DNA of 64,000 nucleotides from an uncultured virus (IMG/VR IMGVR_UViG_3300025759_000060) (lineage: Duplodnaviria; Heunggongvirae; Uroviricota; Caudoviricetes), in the IMG/VR virus record IMGVR_UViG_3300025759_000060; one strand, 5' to 3'. The position numbers and the translations under genes are program-made. The notes beneath the pieces are model-generated. The model worked only from the letters and a program-made list of their open reading frames with translations, was not told the DNA's origin and made no database searches. This document shows positions 31,428-41,074 of this stretch, one piece after another; position 1 is the first letter of the stretch, and every line of letters begins with the position of its first letter.

Positions 31428-32985
31428 TTTTTATTTCCTTAATTTTCATGAGTTTATCTAGAAGGTTAATTCCTAGAACGTCAAATTTAACATGACCTAG
31501 TGCTTCTAGATCTGACATTTCTAATCCTGCTATCTTTTCTGTAGAACCTTTCTGTGCTACCATAGGGCATACATTTTTTAGTTTATCTTTAGATATTACA
31601 ACGCCAGCAGCATGTTTACCCTGTGTTTTAAATGTGCCTTCTATGTCAATTGCTTGTTGAAAATATCCTGCATAATCACCTTCAAGCTTTCCATCATCAG
31701 TGATGTGGCAAAAATCTCTTAGCTCATCTGCACGGTTTATTAGAGACCATCTAATAATTGATCTATCTTCATCGTCCATGTCTGCCAGTTGATCAGATAT
31801 ATCTGCTTCATTAGGCACACTCTTAGTTATAGCATTCATTTCACTAAAAGAACAAGCCTCGTTTATACGAAGTACTTCTTTAATTGCACTACGCCCTTGT
31901 AGTCTACCAAATGTAATCATCTGACTCACATGTTCATTACCATAAGTATCTTTTAAATAATCTATAACGTCATCTCTACGTTTGCCCGGAACGTCCATGT
32001 CGATATCAGGTAAAGACACATGACCGCCTGTGTTTCTACCAGCATTATAGAACCTCTCAAAAATTAGATCATGTTCTACTGGATCAATTTTAGTGATGCC
32101 AATTAGATAGGATATTAAACATCCAGCAGCAGATCCACGCCCCGGTCCAGCTAAACATCCCATATCTTTTTCTACGTGTTGAATAATATCTTGCACAATA
32201 AGAAAATATCCAAATAGATCAGCATCCTTTATAACTTGTAGCTCTTTCCTAAATCTGTCGCCATAGATTTGCTGTAGTCCTTCATCATCCCCAACCTTGT
32301 CTTTTAGAAAGTTTCTATATCCTTCACGCGCCATGTCAGTTAGATATTCTTCTTGCGACAATCCTCTTGGACATACAAACTTTGGAAGCATAGGAGGATT
32401 TAATATTTCATAATCTTCACACGACTCGTATATGTATTGCAGTTCTTTAGTTGCCTTACCCTTTGTTATACATTTGTTATCATTAGTAAAGTATTCTAAT
32501 ATCTCTGGCTCTAATTCATTTTTTCTAATCTTGGTTTGTATTTTAGGCAGCGTAGTCTTTAGGGCAGAGCATAGTAGCACCCTGTGCAGCACTGCTTGTT
32601 CTTTTTTAGCATAATAAGATGGCTTGATATTATCTTTAGACTTTGGTAATGCCACAAGATTATTTCTGCTTATAATATCTTTAGCAATATCTGTTGGCAT
32701 ATTTCCATCTGTATTAGTCATTGATACCATCTGTATAAGATCGTGCCAGCCATCTTTGTTTTTAGCGTACACTGTGGTGTTGTCAAATGAACAGCCAATG
32801 ATTGGTTTGATGCCAACCTTCTTGCAGGCTTGATGGAAAGATACTGCGCCTGATATAGATTTATAATCTGTAATACCACAGGCTGGATAGTCATTGTCCG
32901 CACAAATCTTTGCAAGTTCGTGCGGCTTAGAGAATCCTTTTAGTAAACTATAATGCGTAAAATTCTTCAATGGAAACCAGTTCAA
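31417..32985 (-). CDS. dnaE: DNA polymerase III alpha, N-terminal half (reduced PHP + palm)
   Basis: THYSLL, GPGRGSAAG, FERF, PDIDMD, HAAGVVIS, KFDVLG; TTG start after GAGGAGG. Confidence 0.92.
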   Translation of the reverse strand: MNWFPLKNFTHYSLLKGFSKPHELAKICADNDYPACGITDYKSISGAVSFHQACKKVGIKPIIGCSFDNTTVYAKNKDGWHDLIQMVSMTNTDGNMPTDIAKDIISRNNLVALPKSKDNIKPSYYAKKEQAVLHRVLLCSALKTTLPKIQTKIRKNELEPEILEYFTNDNKCITKGKATKELQYIYESCEDYEILNPPMLPKFVCPRGLSQEEYLTDMAREGYRNFLKDKVGDDEGLQQIYGDRFRKELQVIKDADLFGYFLIVQDIIQHVEKDMGCLAGPGRGSAAGCLISYLIGITKIDPVEHDLIFERFYNAGRNTGGHVSLPDIDMDVPGKRRDDVIDYLKDTYGNEHVSQMITFGRLQGRSAIKEVLRINEACSFSEMNAITKSVPNEADISDQLADMDDEDRSIIRWSLINRADELRDFCHITDDGKLEGDYAGYFQQAIDIEGTFKTQGKHAAGVVISKDKLKNVCPMVAQKGSTEKIAGLEMSDLEALGHVKFDVLGINLLDKLMKIKEIKNGE

Positions 32986-33008
32986 TCTTTCCTCCTCAAT
33001 TATAAGTT

Positions 33009-33123
33009 GCCAGATAACACTGTGAATCTAGAATGAACTAGATGATGGTTTGAATCTGGCTTTGTATGGTGACGGATGATATCTTGAATCTAGAATTAAC
33101 TAGATAATAACCTGAATCCGTCA
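33009..33123. ncRNA. Tandem pair of symmetric double-pocket hairpin units (copies 2-3)
   Basis: 33009-33060 gccaga-TAACACTG-TGAA-tctag-aatgaa-ctaga-TGATGGTT-TGAA-tctggc; 33070-33123 tgacgga-TGATATCT-TGAA-tctag-aattaa-ctaga-TAATAACC-TGAA-tccgtca. Confidence 0.7.
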
Positions 33124-33225
33124 TTGTTTTGGGTTCGCGGGCAAAGGTCTACGCACGGGTTCCTTAGATGTTGGTCTAGGTTGCCCCGGTGAAGTCAGTG
33201 GGAATTTCTTTACTTCTTCGCTCAT
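33121..33225 (-). CDS. Small Pro-rich peptide (34 aa), not in the ORF track
   Basis: MSEEVKKFPLTSPGQPRPTSKEPVRRPLPANPKQ*; AAGGAAAG upstream; overlaps the end of the PAP2 gene. Confidence 0.45.
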   Translation of the reverse strand: MSEEVKKFPLTSPGQPRPTSKEPVRRPLPANPKQ

Positions 33226-33877
33226 TTTTCAATCTTTCCTTTACTTTTGGGAATAAAAATTCTGCAACTATCATCCCAGCCTTGTTATCTGATGGATAGT
33301 GGACTCCCTGTAATATTCTAGCAATTCCAGCTTGTTTTGCCAACTCAAAAAATTCTTTGCGATACTGCGGATATTTTTCTGAAAACAAGTGCGCTGCAAT
33401 AGCAGCGTAAATCGTATGACCGCTAGGATACGCAGGTGTATGGTGAGTTTCTGTATACAACACATTAATTTTTGTATTCAAATATGGAGCTATTTGTTCA
33501 GGTCTTGGTCTATTAAAATAATATTTTAAAGCATACGTGTATGGCTCTACAAGGTTATAATATTGATCAAACTCACTTCTATTTTCTTTTATGCTTTTGC
33601 TTTCTAGAAAATCAAAAAATAAATGCAGAGGATCGTCATCTACTTTATATACTAACTCTACAGCCTTGTTAGATCTTTTCTTTGTTGCTTCAGCTACTAT
33701 TTCTAATTCTTTACTGGTAGATAGACTATTATTTTTAGGAGGTTGCGGTAAAATATTTTTCCAATTAATATTTAAAGCCCCCTGTCCACTTTCGTATACA
33801 AAGTCTTTAGAGTATTTTAAATCTTTTAATTTTACTTTAGCGTCTATAATTGCGGCTACATTATTTATTAAGCTCAT
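33176..33877 (-). CDS. PAP2/haloperoxidase-superfamily phosphatase
   Basis: KYYFNRPRP, PAYPSGH, ARILQGVHYPSD. Confidence 0.88.
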   Translation of the reverse strand: MSLINNVAAIIDAKVKLKDLKYSKDFVYESGQGALNINWKNILPQPPKNNSLSTSKELEIVAEATKKRSNKAVELVYKVDDDPLHLFFDFLESKSIKENRSEFDQYYNLVEPYTYALKYYFNRPRPEQIAPYLNTKINVLYTETHHTPAYPSGHTIYAAIAAHLFSEKYPQYRKEFFELAKQAGIARILQGVHYPSDNKAGMIVAEFLFPKVKERLKNERRSKEIPTDFTGAT

Positions 33878-34082
33878 ATTCTCTCTCGCTAAATACTTTT
33901 TCTAGTCTTTGTACTAATTTAGTACCAGCCCTACGTCTAAAACATGGCAATAAACCATGTATACATAAATATACACCAGCTCTTATACATATTAAACCAT
34001 GACCTACGGCAAATCTAAAATGTTGCCAATAGGTCATGTTATTTTCATTTAGATGCTCATTCCATTTTTTTCTTAGTGTCAT
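33861..34082 (-). CDS. Small conserved phage protein (DUF6356-like)
   Basis: HLNENNMTYWQHFRFA...IHGLLP. Confidence 0.6.
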   Translation of the reverse strand: MTLRKKWNEHLNENNMTYWQHFRFAVGHGLICIRAGVYLCIHGLLPCFRRRAGTKLVQRLEKVFSEREYELNK

Positions 34083-34083
34083 T

Positions 34084-34677
34084 TTACCAAGCCTTACAAG
34101 ACCAATAGCGAGCTTTCCAACGTGGACCCGGATTGTCGCAGTTATGTCTAGCCCTGAAGGACTTTCTACGTGCTGGATTATCTTTTTTGATTTCCATATT
34201 AGGATCGCCAAAGTTAACCTTTACTACATTACCCTTATCATTTTTTACGTAAACGCTTCTCTTCTTAGGGCCGTCTGGAGTTAAGAATGGCTTGCCAATC
34301 TTTACCTTTCTGCCTTGATATTCAGCGGCTTTGTTTTTACGAAGCAGCTCAAAATCTTCTTTGTCAATTTTACCATCTTTGTTTTTGTCAAGAGCCTTCT
34401 TTTGTTTTTCAGACGGAGCTGATTGAGCTTTTTTCCAAGCTTCTGGATCTGGCCTGTCCTTATCGCCCTTTTTGGCAGGCTTATAATTCTTACCTTCACG
34501 TTCTTTCTTTTTACGAATATTTTCCCACAGCGATGCAGCGTCATGCTCCTCTACTTCTTCACCAAAATCTTCATATTCTGCTTCTGCTGGTATGTAAAAA
34601 TTTTCTTCAGTTAGATTCTCCGTAAAGCCAAACGTGTCAGCATTATACCGTTTGTCAGCATCTTCTAAATTAAACAT
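34084..34677 (-). CDS. Basic phage protein with EF-hand-like loop
   Basis: LDKNKDGKIDKEDF; C-terminal KVNFGDP..NPARRKSFRARHNC..ARYWSC. Confidence 0.6.
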   Translation of the reverse strand: MFNLEDADKRYNADTFGFTENLTEENFYIPAEAEYEDFGEEVEEHDAASLWENIRKKKEREGKNYKPAKKGDKDRPDPEAWKKAQSAPSEKQKKALDKNKDGKIDKEDFELLRKNKAAEYQGRKVKIGKPFLTPDGPKKRSVYVKNDKGNVVKVNFGDPNMEIKKDNPARRKSFRARHNCDNPGPRWKARYWSCKAW

Positions 34678-34690
34678 AAAGACTCTCCTT

Positions 34691-35539
34691 TTAGATTGTT
34701 TTTTTAGCTTCTTCCAATAAAAAGTCTAAACTTTTTTGAGGTATTCTTCCAGAAAAATTGTTATATATATCCTTGATCATTTGATGTTCGGGGTCTTTGG
34801 TAATTTCTAACCATCCTACAAAATAATTCCACACTCTATCTTCTAGGATAAGTGGGTACTTTACACCGTGAGGTCTACCAAACCTGTGTAACCAATCAAA
34901 TCCGGGTAGACATACAGCTTTTCCACCGTTCCTACGGAATTTTTCGTGAATATATCCTTCCTCCCCTCCAAATCCTCTAAATAGTGGGTTAAAACCTAGC
35001 CATGCGCTAGTTCTACAAGAAAATACACCTAATCCTTGCATTGGTATCTCAAATGGCTCCTTTTTGGCTAAATTTTCGCTGTCTGTAGCCCATTGACCAT
35101 ACATGTCACCTCCCCACGTTGGTTTGAAATGAGTGGAAGGAGACTTAAGATCGTCATAAATTAGAGGTCCATGTATAATGTCTTTAGAATAAGGGTTATT
35201 TTTATAATATTCAAGTAGATTATCTATAGCATTTTTAAAAAATAGCACATGACAATCCATAGATATGCAGTATTTTCCAGTAGCATTCTTAAAAATCTCA
35301 TTTCTTGTAGATGTACTAGCTTTATGTGTAAATGGTATGTATTTACCGTTTGGAACCCACCCATCTATCAAATCTTTAACGCACTTACCGTGTGGTCCGC
35401 TTGGGTTGTTATCTACAACTATGATTTCAACCAGATCTGTATTTACTACGTCGTGATACATTCTAAGAGCCTGCACTGAAAAGTACACGCCGTCAAAATC
35501 ATCATACGTAGCCATGCCTATTGTTAATAATTTTTCCAT
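34691..35539 (-). CDS. GT2-family glycosyltransferase
   Basis: LTIGMATYD, IIVVDN, MDCH, GFGGEE. Confidence 0.85.
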   Translation of the reverse strand: MEKLLTIGMATYDDFDGVYFSVQALRMYHDVVNTDLVEIIVVDNNPSGPHGKCVKDLIDGWVPNGKYIPFTHKASTSTRNEIFKNATGKYCISMDCHVLFFKNAIDNLLEYYKNNPYSKDIIHGPLIYDDLKSPSTHFKPTWGGDMYGQWATDSENLAKKEPFEIPMQGLGVFSCRTSAWLGFNPLFRGFGGEEGYIHEKFRRNGGKAVCLPGFDWLHRFGRPHGVKYPLILEDRVWNYFVGWLEITKDPEHQMIKDIYNNFSGRIPQKSLDFLLEEAKKTI

Positions 35540-35542
35540 ATT

Positions 35543-36580
35543 TTACCCCGGAGCTTCGTAAAAACTAAGATTAAATCCTTCTTTAGTACAATCTTGTATT
35601 GTTTTGTCCATTCCATGATCTGTTACGTGTTGTTCTACGTATTCGCACATGCTTATATCAGTTTCGGGCCATTTAGTTTTACAAAAATGACACAATCTTG
35701 TGCATTTCCAGTGTTTTCTTGTGGAATCTAATGGTTTTGGAACAATATTTTGTCTAATTTCCTGTACTCTGTTTTTTAACATTTCCAAGAATCTTCCTTC
35801 GTCTTCTGGAGAAAAGCATAAACTGAAAGGAGAGGGGTCAGGATTACCATCTTTATCTTTATAGAAGAATATGCTCATAATTCTATTTGGAAACTCTGGA
35901 TATAGTTTTGATATAGCATAATAGTAAAGCAAGAGTTGTGGATCATTTTCTAATTTCTTGTAATCTTTTACCTCTCCAGTGGTCCAATCCATTCTCCTCC
36001 CAGTTTTCCAATCGACTACCTCTATTGTATCATCATTAATTTTAGTTACAAGGTCAATTGTACCTTTAATTGCTATTTGTCCTTTAAATACCTCTCCGTT
36101 TTGTTCATACTCAAACTTAGCCCAATCCTCTTCAATTGGTATATCAAAATGAGGTTCTGGGAAGTGTATATCTCTTAACCTTGGATCAAACTGACCGTCA
36201 CTGTGCTGTAGGAAGCACCAAGCTGTTGTTGCTATTTCTTCTCTATCTTTGCTACTGAACTTGTGGGGTGATTTTTTGGCATAAGAATCTATGCTAAGAT
36301 CAATTAATTTATTTACTAATTCGTCAGTATGTAGTTCTTCTTTTCGGCACTTAAATTTACCAATAGCATCGTCATCAACCTTTAAGAACTTGACTTTGGG
36401 CTTATCTTGTTCATACTTCTTTAATCCAGCCAAGACTTCCATTACCTTATGAACCATTGTACCCATGTCTGCTTTCTTCCCACTTTTAGACTGATAGCCC
36501 AGAACATACGTCATAAAGTATTGCATTTCACAATATCCATAATTATTGTAGCTTGACGATCTAATGTAGGTTATTAACAT
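35543..36580 (-). CDS. PD-(D/E)XK Cas4/RecB-like exonuclease
   Basis: GTMVH, KGTIDLV, VVDWKTG, QLLLY, C-terminal C..C..C. Confidence 0.85.
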   Translation of the reverse strand: MLITYIRSSSYNNYGYCEMQYFMTYVLGYQSKSGKKADMGTMVHKVMEVLAGLKKYEQDKPKVKFLKVDDDAIGKFKCRKEELHTDELVNKLIDLSIDSYAKKSPHKFSSKDREEIATTAWCFLQHSDGQFDPRLRDIHFPEPHFDIPIEEDWAKFEYEQNGEVFKGQIAIKGTIDLVTKINDDTIEVVDWKTGRRMDWTTGEVKDYKKLENDPQLLLYYYAISKLYPEFPNRIMSIFFYKDKDGNPDPSPFSLCFSPEDEGRFLEMLKNRVQEIRQNIVPKPLDSTRKHWKCTRLCHFCKTKWPETDISMCEYVEQHVTDHGMDKTIQDCTKEGFNLSFYEAPG

Positions 36581-36581
36581 G

Positions 36582-37289
36582 TTAGTTGCTCCAAAGGTGG
36601 TTTATTTTTTCTAAGTATTTTATTAGTTTATCTATATGGCTATCATTATTATCAATAATATAATCAAAATTAGCCCAATCATATTTTTCAAGACTTAGCG
36701 CAGTTTCGCAGTAATGGTCGCTTGCATATGGATTCCTTGTTAGCCTCAATACAATTCCTCCAGCTTTATGTATAGCTTCTACTTCGTTAGGGAATCTTAC
36801 ATCTGGTATCAAGGCTATTTCTGATTTTTCTTTTAGTATTGTTTTAATTGTATAGTCTACCCATATCGTATCTTTAATCTTTCGCATCACATCTGTACCA
36901 AGATACTGCAAAAATTCTCTAGATGTTTTGCCATATGGTGTCATGGTATTTTTATCATCATCTGTACCGTAAACTTGTTGAGGCTCAAGATCAAACAAGT
37001 CGATGCACATTTTTTTTAAACAGTCTGCGAAGTGATATATTTTAATATGAGGCCATAGGTTGAGGTCAGCGTACTCTATGAAGTCTTTGTCTTTTCTAGT
37101 TACGTCAAAGATTCCCCAGCCCTGATGACCAGAAGAATCTAAGGTTTGGATTTCTAGCTGTCCATCCAAGTTTATCTTAAAGTCAGAAATCATTTCCATT
37201 TGTTTTAATACTGAGCCATTTATAAAGTTGGCTACAGTATTTTTACCAGCTTGTTTTGTGCCTGAAATTCCTATTATCTTAGCCATCAA
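36582..37289 (-). CDS. Deoxynucleoside monophosphate kinase
   Basis: GISGTKQAGKNT, FADCLK, REFLQYLGTDV, DVRFPNE. Confidence 0.85.
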   Translation of the reverse strand: MMAKIIGISGTKQAGKNTVANFINGSVLKQMEMISDFKINLDGQLEIQTLDSSGHQGWGIFDVTRKDKDFIEYADLNLWPHIKIYHFADCLKKMCIDLFDLEPQQVYGTDDDKNTMTPYGKTSREFLQYLGTDVMRKIKDTIWVDYTIKTILKEKSEIALIPDVRFPNEVEAIHKAGGIVLRLTRNPYASDHYCETALSLEKYDWANFDYIIDNNDSHIDKLIKYLEKINHLWSN

Positions 37290-38308
37290 TAAGTACCTCT
37301 TAAGTTAGCTAGTATTTCTTTTTTAATTTTCTTGATATCCATATCGCCAATATCTTTTTGTATAAATTTTGGAAATGTTAATTTATAAAGTCTATTTAGC
37401 TGTCTTTGTATTTGTACTTTAGATTCTCTACCAGCTTGATCGTTATCTGTTAAAATTATAAGATGCGTTATAGGTAGTTTTAGTAGTTTGTTTTTTTGCT
37501 GTTCAGTTATAGTCTTTCCAAATATACTAACTACATTTAAAACGCCAGCTTCATATAATTTCCAAACATCCCCTTGACCTTCTACTATATAAAGGCAGGA
37601 TGTTTCTTCAGCCTTCTTCATAGCCCTGTGGTAATTATAAAAGTAGTATCTTTTATCAAACCCTTTAGGATTAAATAAAAATTTGGGCATTCTATAATCG
37701 CGCATAGATCTTCCGATGATGCCAACCACATCTTTACCATCATCGTCGTGTATTGGTATGATTGCCCTTTCCTTCATTATACCATTTGCATGACAATCTC
37801 CCACACCAAAATATTTCATAGTCTTTTTATTAAATCCTCTTGCTATAAAGTATTCTGATGGTATTGACAGGTCATAGTCAATAGTTATTGGCTTATGAGT
37901 ATTAAGGACTTCTTTTTCTTTTAGTATCTTTATTGTTTCATATATTGAATCTTCTTCTACTTCTTCAGTTTTTGTGGGGACTTTTGAGTATGTTTGTTTA
38001 ATGTTTAGGATTTTACAGGCCCATTGTAAAGCTTCTTTAAATTCTACATCCTTTCCTTCTTGCGCTGATAACGCTCCTGCTATCAGGCCAAATATATCAT
38101 TTCTATATTCTTCTTGACATTCTCTAGTCCAACATTTCCACATTCCTCTCTGTGGAGAAAAAGAAAATGCTCTAGGATTATCACTTCCTTCATGCACTGG
38201 GCATGTTGAATATATATTATCAGAGAAAACTTCACATTTCATTCCCAGCTCACTGAAAATTAGTTCTGCATTTTCATTCAGTTTTTTCTTGATCTGTTGC
38301 AAGTTCAT
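37286..38308 (-). CDS. dnaG: DNA primase (Zn finger + TOPRIM)
   Basis: CPVH..C..C; IVEGQGD; DNDQAG. Confidence 0.9.
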   Translation of the reverse strand: MNLQQIKKKLNENAELIFSELGMKCEVFSDNIYSTCPVHEGSDNPRAFSFSPQRGMWKCWTRECQEEYRNDIFGLIAGALSAQEGKDVEFKEALQWACKILNIKQTYSKVPTKTEEVEEDSIYETIKILKEKEVLNTHKPITIDYDLSIPSEYFIARGFNKKTMKYFGVGDCHANGIMKERAIIPIHDDDGKDVVGIIGRSMRDYRMPKFLFNPKGFDKRYYFYNYHRAMKKAEETSCLYIVEGQGDVWKLYEAGVLNVVSIFGKTITEQQKNKLLKLPITHLIILTDNDQAGRESKVQIQRQLNRLYKLTFPKFIQKDIGDMDIKKIKKEILANLRGTY

Positions 38309-39746
38309 TTGCTAATTTCTTCATAGAGTCATTATTAATTAATCCCGTGTCGCCAATTGGCTGATTCTTTAATTCATTTCTTGTTTGAAGTTCTATAAGT
38401 TTTGCGTGTGCGCCTTGCATTTGCATATTTATATAATCTCCATCGTCCATTCCAGCGCCATGTCTAGAAACAATCGGCACTAGTTTTCTATTGCCAGCAT
38501 TTGGTCCATCTTCTGCAAGCTCTTCTGTAGACTTAGCTTTAAATATTGTAAAAGACGTACACAACCATATCAATCGGTCTGACCCACTCACAGCGTCAGT
38601 ACTTTCTTTGGTGATACCATCTCTATTTAATTGCACGAAAGATAAACATGGCATGTCTAGCTTAACACATAAATTATGAAGTGAAGTTATTTGAAAACCT
38701 AGAGCCTGATATTCCTGTATATTGTTTGTAATAGAATTAGATGACATCAGCTTTAGATAATCATAGATAATTAAGCAGTCATTTGTCTTCCCATTTTCAT
38801 CTGTCTTCACTTCTTGTACAATCCACCGCTTGATCACATTAAGTATCTGTTCAAACGGCTTTCCTGCGACCGTGGCGTAACTGTATGGTATGTTAGATAA
38901 ATGATCAACAGCTTTTTGTACATTATCCATCTTCAATGGATCTTCTGCAAATTTACCAGTAGCAACTTCATTAATAGGAACCTTGCTAATATTAGCTATA
39001 AGTCTATTTAGATGGTCCTCTTTTGACATTTCTGTATCTAATACTAGGACGGGGACTCCGGTGGAGGATACATTAAGGGCAACATTATCAGCGAATACTG
39101 ACTTACCAACTTTTGGTCTTGCAGATATAAGATCAACGCATTTTCGTCTAAGACCACCGCCAATGGCTTCGTCGTACCTAGCGAACCCCGTGGGTATACC
39201 AATGATATCGCACTGATTTTCTTCGAGAAATTTGACATAATCTTCTACTCCCTCGCCAATCTTTTCTGGATGTTCTCCACCATCATCCTCGCGTAAAAAA
39301 TCTGTAACAGGATCTTCTAGCTTTTGTATAATTTCATTTATTGTTTCTGACCCAGTGACATCATCCATATCTTTGTTTACTTTACTTGTAAGTTTTTTAA
39401 TCTTACGAGCAAACTCAAACTTTTTCATTTGAGCTGCAAACTTTATGATATTATTTTTGTCTACTGGAAAATCAAACAGCGACTTTATATACTTAAGTTC
39501 TTGCTTAGTATTTATAGTCTCAGAAAATTTTAATTGTTCTGCGGCAGAAAGAAGTGAAGCAATATCTACGGACTGATCGTTATTAATAATATGCTTTACA
39601 CACTTGTATATAATTTGATTATTGTGATTGCCAAACGTGTCATCATTTACAAAATCTGATACAGTTATGTAGCCATCAATACCATACTGGATTAAACCAG
39701 CTAGCACTGCCCGTTCTGCACCGACATCTAATAGTTTATCTTGCAT
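38274..39746 (-). CDS. dnaB: Replicative DNA helicase
   Basis: GIPTGF, ARPKVGKS, TEMS, IYDYLKL, QLNR, SRHG. Confidence 0.92.
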   Translation of the reverse strand: MQDKLLDVGAERAVLAGLIQYGIDGYITVSDFVNDDTFGNHNNQIIYKCVKHIINNDQSVDIASLLSAAEQLKFSETINTKQELKYIKSLFDFPVDKNNIIKFAAQMKKFEFARKIKKLTSKVNKDMDDVTGSETINEIIQKLEDPVTDFLREDDGGEHPEKIGEGVEDYVKFLEENQCDIIGIPTGFARYDEAIGGGLRRKCVDLISARPKVGKSVFADNVALNVSSTGVPVLVLDTEMSKEDHLNRLIANISKVPINEVATGKFAEDPLKMDNVQKAVDHLSNIPYSYATVAGKPFEQILNVIKRWIVQEVKTDENGKTNDCLIIYDYLKLMSSNSITNNIQEYQALGFQITSLHNLCVKLDMPCLSFVQLNRDGITKESTDAVSGSDRLIWLCTSFTIFKAKSTEELAEDGPNAGNRKLVPIVSRHGAGMDDGDYINMQMQGAHAKLIELQTRNELKNQPIGDTGLINNDSMKKLANELATDQEKTE

Positions 39747-40141
39747 TATCTACCTGTACACCTATCACACCTATAATATTCCCCATATACAATATTAGCA
39801 TTTACTTGGTACTTTTTACCACAAGCATTGCATGTTACGTGTTTCTTTTTTGGTGGTGGTCTATTTCTGGGAGTTCTATGCACATTTGGAGTCTCTACTT
39901 CTTTGTGTTCTCCAGTGTCTGTCCAAGTATTTTCCCTTGCTTTTACTGGCTCCCTACGACGATTTGATCCCAAAGTAGACTTTTTAACTACTCTAAAATC
40001 ATCTGTAATGTCGTTTGTTTCTTCTAGTTCTGATTGTATGTGTGGAGGGTGCGTAGAAAATGCTTCTTTGCTATTTAAAGCTTTGATTAAAGCCTCTTTT
40101 TGTTCCACACTCAATGTCTTAACAAACTCATCCATACTCAT
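39746..40141 (-). CDS. Hypothetical protein with C-terminal Zn ribbon
   Basis: CNAC..CDRC. Confidence 0.55.
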   Translation of the reverse strand: MSMDEFVKTLSVEQKEALIKALNSKEAFSTHPPHIQSELEETNDITDDFRVVKKSTLGSNRRREPVKARENTWTDTGEHKEVETPNVHRTPRNRPPPKKKHVTCNACGKKYQVNANIVYGEYYRCDRCTGR

Positions 40142-40623
40142 AATCTTTTACCTTTCTCTAGTAATATATCTGCTTTACGTTTCAATTCATATATTTTACC
40201 GTCAAGTGCCTGTATCCTTGACTCTGCAATCTCACGATAGTGATCTACTGTTGCTGCGTATTCATCGTTTACAATTATAAGTGGTCTACGTTCCTCATAT
40301 TTAGTATACTTACTAAACTGATCGTGGTTTTTTGCAACCATTTTATTTAGCTTGTCGTTACACCAATTTAGAGCAATCTTCTGCATATTTAATTCATCTT
40401 GTAGATGTGTGGAGTAGCTATATAGTTGATACGACCAATCAAATAGTTCTGCTTGGGTAAGAGAACTGATGGTTTCCCTATCAGCATTAGCACATCTATG
40501 CCAATCATCTCTGAACTTCTTATTAAACCTAGCATGACTAGCGTTTAAAAAGTCGTCAACCATAGCTTTCAAGTCAGCCAACTGCTCACTCGCCGTTTTC
40601 AATTTGTTCTCTCCACTGCTCAT
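40138..40623 (-). CDS. Helical hypothetical protein (possible recombination mediator)
   Basis: Coiled-coil-like ORF near recA; function inferred from position. Confidence 0.4.
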   Translation of the reverse strand: MSSGENKLKTASEQLADLKAMVDDFLNASHARFNKKFRDDWHRCANADRETISSLTQAELFDWSYQLYSYSTHLQDELNMQKIALNWCNDKLNKMVAKNHDQFSKYTKYEERRPLIIVNDEYAATVDHYREIAESRIQALDGKIYELKRKADILLEKGKRL

Positions 40624-41011
40624 CTGTATCAGAATACTTCAATACTATTATATCAATTCTATTTAGTTTGCACCAATCTATTTTATCTTCATCCTTAGCT
40701 TTTGCAATAGCAAAATCGGCTTTGTTTTTATGAAAGAACGGTGTGTACTTATAATGTTGTTGACCATGAACTTCTATTGCTAGCATGATTTGTGGTATGT
40801 AAAAATCTAAATATAATACACCTTTCCTGTGGGACTCAGTGCTTCCCGGTAGTTTAACTTCTTCTAATATTCTGTAACTATGGTAGATAGTCTTAAGGAG
40901 TTTTCTTGCGCGAATGTGGAACTTTGACCGTTTGCGATTGTCGTTTGCATCTACATTGTAGCTTGTTAAATTCCAAGCGTACTCTTTGCCATTTATACCT
41001 GTAACCTTCAT
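40586..41011 (-). CDS. DUF559/Vsr-like endonuclease
   Basis: LYLDFYIP..AIEVHGQQH..DEDK. Confidence 0.7.
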   Translation of the reverse strand: MKVTGINGKEYAWNLTSYNVDANDNRKRSKFHIRARKLLKTIYHSYRILEEVKLPGSTESHRKGVLYLDFYIPQIMLAIEVHGQQHYKYTPFFHKNKADFAIAKAKDEDKIDWCKLNRIDIIVLKYSDTDEQWREQIENGE

Positions 41012-41074
41012 TTAAAACCTCTGTAATTATTTTAGATAGTAATATGCCTAAGCATATACTTATAATATTCTTTA

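Noticed and set aside
33009..33123. Integron attC sites (hairpins overlapping stop codons)
   Set aside because: No paired RYYYAAC/GTTRRRY ends or extrahelical-base pattern, flanking genes are core phage genes, and no integrase is in the window.
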